Positions 7,553 through 14,173 of a stretch of 14,173 bases of DNA are shown in pieces. The DNA lies in contig JAYOYH010000021.1 in assembly GCA_038153405.1 (NCBI GenBank), forward strand, positions 31,640 to 45,812, written 5' to 3'. The notes under the pieces were generated by a model that was not told the DNA's origin, did not search any database, and worked only from the letters and a program-made list of their open reading frames with translations. This DNA comes from Gemmatimonadota bacterium. GTDB taxonomy: Bacteria; Latescibacterota; UBA2968; UBA8231. The translations under genes and the position numbers were made by a program. Each line of letters begins with the position of its first letter. Positions within the stretch are counted from its first letter, which is position 1.

Positions 7553-8845
7553 CTAATGCGCGCCTTTCGCACGCCGCAGCCACACCCGCACGCGCGCAGC
7601 CGGTGGCAGGTGGGGCAGGTCGGCAGTGGCGGCCATGCGCGCGCGTATCTGGTGCTCGTCTAGCTGCCCGAGTGCCTGCAGTGAGTGGATGCCTGAGCGC
7701 CAGAGGGCATTGCCGCTCTCAACGCCGATCCCCTCGTGCAGATAGAGAGACACTACGCGCTCTAAATGCGCGTATTCTTCGTCGCTCAAAGCACCTTCTA
7801 GCGCGCGCCAATGCCGCTGTCCAACCCAACCTTGCAGTTCGGTCAGGTAGCGGACATCGCGCGCTGCCAGCACCGCCTTTGTGTTGGATTCGATGGCTAT
7901 GGCGTCTTCTACGACGGGCGTGATTGAACCGGTCGATAGGTATTCAAAGCGATCGATGATCAGCATGCCAGCACACGCCAGCATGAGTGCCAAGTTGCGA
8001 ACGGCCGGCGAGCGGGGCTCTGCGCGCTGTTCAGCGTAGTCCCCCAGCGCTGGTGCCAGGCGTTGATATACTAGCCAGCGGTAGAAGACGACGCATTCCA
8101 ATGCAAAGGGTGGGAAGCCCAGAAAGCCGAGCAGCGGCATCTCAAAGAGCTTGAGCTCTTCGAAAAAAGGAACGGTGTAGATCCACTTGGCGCGCGCCCA
8201 ATAGTTGAGCGACTCCCAGAGTAGGCCGGCGATAAGACCGGCGAGCAAGGTGCGCAGCAGTGGGCCCCATTGGCCGCGCTCCCACTGGCGCAGCAGGCCG
8301 TCGATGCCGCGCCGGTAGTGGATCGGCGCCAGGAATAGCGCTACGGCCCCCCAAACTAGGGGAAAGAAATAGCGCGGCCACAGCATGGGTAGAACCAAAA
8401 ATAAGATGCCCAGCAGCTGCAGGCCGTAGAGTGCACTCCGGGGAAAGTGCAGTCTAAATCCCTGCGCGCCCGCCGCTATGCCGCGCAGGCGCAGGTAGTA
8501 TTCGATCCATAGAATGCCGGGAAATACAGTGGCAAAAGATAGAATACCGAATACCGTGCGCAGCGCGGTGTGGTCTACTACGAAGATGTAATACCAGTTT
8601 TGCAGGCGAAAATTGAGCAACTCGAAAAAGTACCAAAAAGCCGCTGACCACAGCATCATCGACGCAAAGCCGCCTAGGCCGCAGCGCGCGATGAGCGACC
8701 GACCTTCGCGTCGGCGGATGAGTTGGTCAAAGAAAAAGATCAGTCCGCTCCATGCGCACAGGTAGAAAAACGTGGCGAAGGGTTCGATCTTCAGCGCGTT
8801 GAGGGCAAAGGTGCAGATGATGAACAGTGGACCGAGATATACCAT
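7553..8845 (-). CDS. Uncharacterised polytopic membrane protein with C-terminal DUF4332/helix-hairpin-helix-like domain, 430 aa
   Basis: Multiple hydrophobic helices in aa 1-300 with two ExxN...WxY motifs and KLFEMPLLGFLGFPPFALE. The soluble C-terminus has GIGVESGNALWRSGIHSLQAL...PPAARVRVWLRRAK, which fits my recollection of the DUF4332 pattern. Fills the gap between co-directional neighbours. Confidence 0.75.
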   Translation of the reverse strand: MVYLGPLFIICTFALNALKIEPFATFFYLCAWSGLIFFFDQLIRRREGRSLIARCGLGGFASMMLWSAAFWYFFELLNFRLQNWYYIFVVDHTALRTVFGILSFATVFPGILWIEYYLRLRGIAAGAQGFRLHFPRSALYGLQLLGILFLVLPMLWPRYFFPLVWGAVALFLAPIHYRRGIDGLLRQWERGQWGPLLRTLLAGLIAGLLWESLNYWARAKWIYTVPFFEELKLFEMPLLGFLGFPPFALECVVFYRWLVYQRLAPALGDYAEQRAEPRSPAVRNLALMLACAGMLIIDRFEYLSTGSITPVVEDAIAIESNTKAVLAARDVRYLTELQGWVGQRHWRALEGALSDEEYAHLERVVSLYLHEGIGVESGNALWRSGIHSLQALGQLDEHQIRARMAATADLPHLPPAARVRVWLRRAKGAH

Positions 8846-8861
8846 GCGATAGGAGGATGGT

Positions 8862-10703
8862 TCAGCGCAGGGGGCCGCGCCCGGAACTGCCGTCAGTAAT
8901 GGGCACGGGTGCCGCCAGCGACATTAGGTGCTCTATGTCGAATTCGCGCAGCAGGCCAAAGCAAAACAGGGAGGGTGCGGTCGCGTAGGGCGTAGGCCAT
9001 TGTACTAGGCGCGCCAGCGAGTCGAGTAGGTTAAAGGTATGCAGCGCAGCGGCCATCTTGGGCTGCAGTGCGCAGGCGATTAGCGCGGCCGTTGAAACAA
9101 TCTGACCGCGTGCGACGAGGCGCGGCGTGCCGTAGCGATGGCCGACCCACTGCGCCAGCGCCAGTAGGTGGCCTACCTGCAGACCCAATGGGCGCAGCCC
9201 CGTGGCAGCTACCAGCATTTGGTGCTGCCAGCCAACGGCCAGTTCGCCGGTGCCAAAGACGTCGGCCACCAGCGCGCGGCGGTGCGCCCCCAGCGCGGCC
9301 TGCACCAAGGTATCGCAGCTGCTGCGCCCGGCATCGGCGACGATCAGGTCCGTACCGCGCGCCCGCGGCGGCGCGAATTCCACTATGGGCAAGGTCCACT
9401 GCTCGTCCAGGTGCAGTGTGTAGTAACGGACAGTATGCGCTTTGCGCTTATGGCGCAGGCCGACGGCGTTGACGCGTACGGCGTTCCACTTAGACAGAGC
9501 CACTAGCGCAGATAGGCGCTTGCGCGCAGCGGCTGATGTGCGGTGCTTCGTGCGCGCCGAGTCGGCCTTTTTCAGCGCTTCCTGTGCCAGCGAGTAGAGC
9601 GTTGCGTTATCGGTCGGCAAGCCGATGTTGAGCTCCCCTTCGCTGCGCAGTTCGTCGCGCCAAGGTAAATCCTCCTTTGGTCCGTCTAATCCAAAGTGCT
9701 CCTTGAGAAAGCGGTAGAGCTGGCGGCGATTATCCGCCTCATAGTTGTGTGTACCGGGCTCGGCGTTGTCGTAGAGCGCCAGCGCGTGGTCGGCCCCCAG
9801 CGCCGAGTATACGCTGCGCGCTGGCTGAAATATGGAGCGCCGCGCCCGCTTTGTTTGAAAGCAGCAATCGTCGTGGCGGTTGTATATGAGCAAGGTGGGA
9901 CGCGGCGCATAGAGTCCGGTCAATACATCGTAGTCGGCGACCGCAGCCATATCGGAAGGGCACTGCTCCAGATCGCCAATATCTTCAATACAGGTGCGCC
10001 GTTGCCACAGCGCCGAGTAGCCAGCCACCGGCACAACGGCGCGCACGCGCTCGTCCAGTGCCGATAGGATGGCCGTCTGCCAGCCACCGCCCGACAGCCC
10101 AGTCATCGCCACGCGTTTGCGGTCGGCATGGGGATGGGCCAGCAGCACGTCGAGCGCTCGCTTCATGGCCAAGTAGAATACGCCTATGCCGGCCGTGCCG
10201 CACAGATCGAGAGCGGCGATGCGGTTGTGGTCGAGGTCGGCGCGCAGTTCACCCATGCCGATAAACTCGCTGTTGAGTGCCAGCGCGCCGCGCTTGGCCA
10301 GATTAATGCACCGCGCCTGCTTGTAGTCCATCGCCTTGCCGCCCATGTGGTGGCCGTTGGGGTTAAGGACGGCCGGTACGCGACCGCGCAGCGGCGTCGG
10401 CTCGTAGAGAAGCGCGGGTATCCACATGCCCGGATAGCCCTCATAGCGCAGCTTGCGAATGCGGTAGCCCTTATCGGTTTCGATTACATCGCCCCATTCG
10501 ACGCGCGGCGTTTCATCTAGCAGTCCATCGGCGTGACCGCGAAAAAACAGCTCGAGCATCTGCTGGCGCACGCGCGCAGCGCGGCGCTGCCACGTGCGCG
10601 CCGATGCGGGCGCTTGGAGTTGCGGTAGATGCGCGGCAAGTAGGTCCTGCAGCTGGCGGCCGGGCGCTTTTCCAACGAGGCGGCGGGTGAGTTCAGTGCG
10701 CAT
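8862..10703 (-). CDS. Alpha/beta-hydrolase (acetylxylan esterase/dienelactone hydrolase-like), two-domain, 613 aa
   Basis: IPALLYEP...PAVLNPNGH, nucleophile elbow TGLSGGG, likely triad Asp (DDCCF) and His (GTHNY). The ATG overlaps the upstream TGA (TGATG, 10705-10701); SD AGGAG at 10714-10718. Confidence 0.85.
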   Translation of the reverse strand: MRTELTRRLVGKAPGRQLQDLLAAHLPQLQAPASARTWQRRAARVRQQMLELFFRGHADGLLDETPRVEWGDVIETDKGYRIRKLRYEGYPGMWIPALLYEPTPLRGRVPAVLNPNGHHMGGKAMDYKQARCINLAKRGALALNSEFIGMGELRADLDHNRIAALDLCGTAGIGVFYLAMKRALDVLLAHPHADRKRVAMTGLSGGGWQTAILSALDERVRAVVPVAGYSALWQRRTCIEDIGDLEQCPSDMAAVADYDVLTGLYAPRPTLLIYNRHDDCCFQTKRARRSIFQPARSVYSALGADHALALYDNAEPGTHNYEADNRRQLYRFLKEHFGLDGPKEDLPWRDELRSEGELNIGLPTDNATLYSLAQEALKKADSARTKHRTSAAARKRLSALVALSKWNAVRVNAVGLRHKRKAHTVRYYTLHLDEQWTLPIVEFAPPRARGTDLIVADAGRSSCDTLVQAALGAHRRALVADVFGTGELAVGWQHQMLVAATGLRPLGLQVGHLLALAQWVGHRYGTPRLVARGQIVSTAALIACALQPKMAAALHTFNLLDSLARLVQWPTPYATAPSLFCFGLLREFDIEHLMSLAAPVPITDGSSGRGPLR

Positions 10704-11485
10704 CAGATGGAGTCTCCTATAGACACATCAGCGGTGATAAAGTAGTGGTCGCTGGGGTAGCGCCCCTCGCGGTGTGTATCGATGATCTGCGCGTCGATTA
10801 CTTGCAGGGAGCCGCGGCAGAACACCCAGTCCATTTTGCCCATCTCGCCCTCGTATGCGGGCCCCTTGAAGGCGTGATAGGTATGGCCTGGATCGTCGGT
10901 CCCGTGAATGGTCGAATAGGTGTCGTGCCAGCCGCCGTCGAAAAACGTTTGGATGGCCTCATTCTGTATGTCGCAGTTCATATCGCCCGTTAGCAGCTGC
11001 GGGTAGTCGGCCGCGTAGGCGGCGGCGTCTTCGCAGATCAGACGCGCGCCGTTGGCGCGCGCCGACTGGCTGATGTGATCCAGGTGCGTATTGACGATGC
11101 GGAACTCGCGACCCGAACGGCGCTCTTTCAAGCGCAGCCAGTTGGCCAGGCGCACGCAGGCGCTGTCCCACGAGCTCGAGCCGCTAATATGCGGCGTTTG
11201 CGAAAGCCAGAATCCGCCGGGCGAGATCAGGTCAAAGCGGTCGCGCCGATAAAAAATGGCGTTGGTCGGTCGATCGGTCGTCGCTTCATCGACTATGCCG
11301 AAATGCGCGTATTCTGGCAGGGCGCGCTGCGCGTAGTGGCACTGCTGCAGCCACAGCTCCTGAAAGCATATGATATCGGCGTGCAGCGCGCGGATGGTAT
11401 TGAGCGCGTACTCTTTGCGCAGTTCCCAGTGGTCCGGGCCATCGTTGGCGGGAAAGCAGCGAATATTACAGGTGGCGACGCGCAT
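10703..11485 (-). CDS. Endonuclease/exonuclease/phosphatase (EEP) family protein, 260 aa
   Basis: Full EEP motif set: ATCNIR, DIICFQE, GFWLS, NTHLDH, TGDMN, MDWVF, YPSDHY. SD GGAGG at 11494-11498. Confidence 0.92.
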   Translation of the reverse strand: MRVATCNIRCFPANDGPDHWELRKEYALNTIRALHADIICFQELWLQQCHYAQRALPEYAHFGIVDEATTDRPTNAIFYRRDRFDLISPGGFWLSQTPHISGSSSWDSACVRLANWLRLKERRSGREFRIVNTHLDHISQSARANGARLICEDAAAYAADYPQLLTGDMNCDIQNEAIQTFFDGGWHDTYSTIHGTDDPGHTYHAFKGPAYEGEMGKMDWVFCRGSLQVIDAQIIDTHREGRYPSDHYFITADVSIGDSI

Positions 11486-11589
11486 GGGTTTGCCCTCCGC
11501 GGCGTGGACGATCTATGTTAAGTGCTATGGTTGAATCTGCGATTAGGGACGGTACTACGGGTGATGTCGGTGCGCAAGGGGTCGTCCCC

Positions 11590-12666
11590 ATGCGACTCTT
11601 TATCACGACCAATCCCGGTCTGGAAGACGTTGTCGTCGAGGAGCTGTTGGCGCGCGCGCAGGCGGCCGGTCTCGGCTCCATTGCTGTTCAGCCCAAGCCC
11701 TTTGGCTTTGGCGGTCAGGTCTGGGTCGAGGGCGGCCAGCGAGAGGCGATGTGCGCGATGGCCATGCAGCTGCGTTCGGTGCATCACGTGTTTGAACCGC
11801 TGCACCGATTTGACGTGCCCATGGACGGCGGTCTGCAGCATATAGAAGCGCAAGTTGAACAGCTCGACATAGCCGAGATGAAAACGGCTGAGACGTTTCG
11901 CGTGACGAGCCGGCGCAGCGGCAAGCACGACTTCGGCAGCATGGATGTGCAGCGCCGAGCGGGCGCCGCTCTATGGCGTCGCTACGGCACGGCAGTGGAC
12001 CTGGAAAATTTCGACGTCAACGTGCGCGTCGACATTTTTGAACACGTATGTTTGGTGAGCTACCAGCGGACGCAACGGTCGCTCAGTAAGCGCTTTCAGC
12101 GCCGCTTTCAGCCGCGCGTTGCACTCAAGGCTTCGGTGGCCTATGCCCTGCTGCACGTCGCGCGCATCCAGGCGCAGGAACGAGCCGAGCTGCTCGATCC
12201 ATTCTGCGGCTCAGGCACCATTCTCCTTGAGGCCGCCGAAGTTTTCCCCAACCTAGTGCTGTGCGGCAGCGACATAGATCACCACGTTATTGACGGGGCG
12301 CGCGAAAACGCTAGTGCATTGGGGTGTGCCGAGCGCTTGGTGCTGCGGCAGGGCGATGCGCGCGCGCTCGATGCAGTTTTTCCCGAGCGGCGCTTTGACT
12401 ACATCGTCACTAATCCTCCCTACGGCGTGCGCTTTGGTCAGCACCTCAATTTTGAGCGTTTTTACACGCGGGTGTTGCAGCAGTTTTGGTATCGCCTAAA
12501 GACGGCAGGGCGTCTGGTACTCATTGCTTGGAAATACCGCGAGCTAGTGCGCGCCATAAAAATGACGGGGCTTTTTCGCATTCGCCTAGAGCGCGCGGTC
12601 GAAATGGGCAGTCTGCATCCGCATATATTCGTGCTGGATCGAATCGATCGGGAGGAAAAAACGTGA
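11590..12666 (+). CDS. THUMP-domain class I SAM-dependent RNA methyltransferase, Trm14/TrmN-like (tRNA m2G6)
   Basis: N-terminal MRLFITTNPGLEDVV, THUMP core TFRVTSRRSGKHDFGSMDV...VDLENFDVNVRVDI, SAM motif LLDPFCGSGTILLEAA and catalytic TNPPYG. Start set at ATG 11590 (SD-like AAGGGG at 11576-11581) rather than the track's 11515. Confidence 0.85.
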   Translation: MRLFITTNPGLEDVVVEELLARAQAAGLGSIAVQPKPFGFGGQVWVEGGQREAMCAMAMQLRSVHHVFEPLHRFDVPMDGGLQHIEAQVEQLDIAEMKTAETFRVTSRRSGKHDFGSMDVQRRAGAALWRRYGTAVDLENFDVNVRVDIFEHVCLVSYQRTQRSLSKRFQRRFQPRVALKASVAYALLHVARIQAQERAELLDPFCGSGTILLEAAEVFPNLVLCGSDIDHHVIDGARENASALGCAERLVLRQGDARALDAVFPERRFDYIVTNPPYGVRFGQHLNFERFYTRVLQQFWYRLKTAGRLVLIAWKYRELVRAIKMTGLFRIRLERAVEMGSLHPHIFVLDRIDREEKT

Positions 12667-13220
12667 ATACGCTCTATTTGATTCGCCACGGCGAAGTATA
12701 CAATCCGCAGGGTATTATCTACGGTCGCCTGCCCGGCTTTGGTCTCAGCGAGCGCGGCTGCCGGCAGCTGGCCAACGCCGCCGATGTGCTAGGTGAGATG
12801 CCGCCCGCCGTGCTCTATGCTTCGCCCATGCAGCGGGCGCAGGAATCGGCCGCTATTCTGGCCGAGCGTTTTTCCCTTCCCGTGCAGACGGACGAGCGCA
12901 TTATCGAGACTAGCATAGGCACCTTTCAGGGTCGGCGCTTTGAAGAACTGCCCAAGCCCTATATAACCGAAGAAGGCGCCCATCCTCAACTTGAAAGCGC
13001 TGCCTCCATGCGGGCGCGCTTCATGAATTGGGTAGAGGATGTGCGCAGTCGCCATGCGAACGAAGTAGTTGCCGCCGTATCGCACCGCGACCCAATTATT
13101 GTTGCGCTACTGCACTGGCAGAATCGCTCGCTCGACGCACTGCCCGATTTTTCACTCGAACCGGGTTCGGTATACGCGGTGGATTTTTCCGATGTGGTCT
13201 CGGTCCGTGCCCTGGGGTGA
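12663..13220 (+). CDS. Histidine phosphatase (phosphoglycerate mutase superfamily), 185 aa
   Basis: LYLIRHGE motif directly after a GTG start that overlaps the upstream stop (GTGA 12663-12666), with SD GGAGG at 12651-12655; also ASPMQRAQES and the second His in VSHRDPI. The track's extension to 12486 overlaps the methylase and is not credible. Confidence 0.9.
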   Translation: MNTLYLIRHGEVYNPQGIIYGRLPGFGLSERGCRQLANAADVLGEMPPAVLYASPMQRAQESAAILAERFSLPVQTDERIIETSIGTFQGRRFEELPKPYITEEGAHPQLESAASMRARFMNWVEDVRSRHANEVVAAVSHRDPIIVALLHWQNRSLDALPDFSLEPGSVYAVDFSDVVSVRALG

Positions 13221-14173
13221 GCGAGGCGTTCTCATTGGGATTGTGCTAGCGGCGGCAGGCGTGCGCCTGCTAGGGGCTGGCTACGGCGTGCAGCATCCAG
13301 ACGAGTATAGCTTTGCGCACTTTCCGCTCAACTTTTACAGCCTCGACTTCAATCCTCATTTTTTCACGTATCCCACCTTTCACTACTACGTCCTCGCCGT
13401 TCTATTTTGTCTGGTCTTTATTGCGCAGTATTTATTTGGTAGCGGTCTGGTACTAGAAAATTTCATTGCGCTACACTACCTATATGAACCCCAGTATCTG
13501 GTTTATTGGGCGCGGCTACTCAGCGTCGCTTACGGCACGGGGTGCGTCCTGTTGGGAGCCTATCTGGCGGGCGTGCTCTACGGCCCCCGTGCGCGACTGC
13601 CCGCTGCGGCTCTATTGGCCGTTTGCACTGTGCAGGTGCGGCAGAGCGCATTGGCCGGAGTCGATACGGCAGCGCTGTTCTTCTTTGCTGCGGCGCTGTG
13701 CGCGTCGGTGCGCCTACTGCACTGCGATGACATGCGCAGCTATATTTTTTCTGGAGTGCTGGTCGGTGCGGCCGCCGCCTGTAAATATCCGGCTGGCCTC
13801 GTCGGCAGTGCCGTCCTCGCGGCGCACCTTCTGGCGCGCCGCCCCCTATTTGATGCACGCCCATGGCTGGCCGCAGCGACCTCACTGGCGACCTTTCTCG
13901 CCCTTTCGCCCTACGTGCTGCTCGACTTTCACACGTTTGCCGCACACTTCACCGCGCAGTTTTCCCAACTAGGCAGTGGTCGAGGCGGCGATGTGGCAAG
14001 GGGTTGGTGGCATCACATAGCGTTTAGCCTTCCGGCAGATGGCGGCTGGTTGGCGTTGGGTGCTCTGGCGTTGGCCACCCTACTTGCAGCGAAGGAGCGC
14101 CGAGCTGCCGTGTTGGTTGCGCTGGCGCATTATTGCCACTGTGGTTCTCTTGGCTCAGCCGCTTTACGCGACG
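13192..14173 (+). CDS. GT-C fold membrane glycosyltransferase (GT39/PMT/ArnT-like), 3' end beyond the window edge
   Basis: Manual frame-1 translation, open to the edge: MWSRSVPWGERGVLIGIVLAAAGVRLLGAGYGVQHPDE...DFNPHFFTYPTF...WARLLSVAYG...GVDT...GAAAACKYPAG...LSPYVLLDF. Acidic DE motif after TM1, conserved KY, many TM helices. Start uncertain (ATG 13192 or GTG 13207); overlaps the phosphatase end. Confidence 0.85.
   Translation, partial: MWSRSVPWGERGVLIGIVLAAAGVRLLGAGYGVQHPDEYSFAHFPLNFYSLDFNPHFFTYPTFHYYVLAVLFCLVFIAQYLFGSGLVLENFIALHYLYEPQYLVYWARLLSVAYGTGCVLLGAYLAGVLYGPRARLPAAALLAVCTVQVRQSALAGVDTAALFFFAAALCASVRLLHCDDMRSYIFSGVLVGAAAACKYPAGLVGSAVLAAHLLARRPLFDARPWLAAATSLATFLALSPYVLLDFHTFAAHFTAQFSQLGSGRGGDVARGWWHHIAFSLPADGGWLALGALALATLLAAKERRAAVLVALAHYCHCGSLGSAALRD

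Noticed and set aside
7538..7555. In-frame TAG read-through fusing the membrane protein to UbiD
   Set aside because: The frame match has a one-in-three chance, both proteins look complete alone, TAG is a common stop in this window, and no recoding machinery is visible.
8846..8861. Plus-strand AGGAGG-ATG (anti-SD-like CCTCC upstream of the minus-strand gene)
   Set aside because: There is no spacing between SD and ATG, and it points antisense into the hydrolase gene with no credible ORF.
10650..10703. Twin-arginine (Tat) signal in the hydrolase N-terminus (LTRRLV)
   Set aside because: No hydrophobic h-region or cleavage site follows the RR.

Overview
GC-rich bacterial chromosomal window with ten protein-coding genes and one tRNA. 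Minus strand, right to left: EEP-family phosphoesterase, two-domain alpha/beta-hydrolase, uncharacterised polytopic membrane protein with a DUF4332/HhH-like tail, UbiD-family decarboxylase, amidase-signature amidase, tRNA-Glu(UUC) with its own sigma70-type promoter and intrinsic terminator, aldo/keto reductase, an orphan xanthine-dehydrogenase-family molybdopterin subunit, and a PhyH-type Fe(II)/2OG dioxygenase that runs off the left edge (absent from the ORF track). Plus strand, divergent from about 11,500: a THUMP + Rossmann methyltransferase resembling Trm14/TrmN, a histidine phosphatase, and a GT-C (GT39/PMT-like) membrane glycosyltransferase that runs off the right edge (also absent from the track). 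I saw no mobile element, CRISPR array or defence system, and I cannot support a clear new multi-gene system. Best leads: the internally duplicated membrane protein fused to an HhH-like domain, the Trm14-like methylase, the stacked hairpins behind the tRNA, a probable leaderless ubiD transcript, and a possible frameshift or deletion at the right edge. All family calls come from motif recognition, not database searches.
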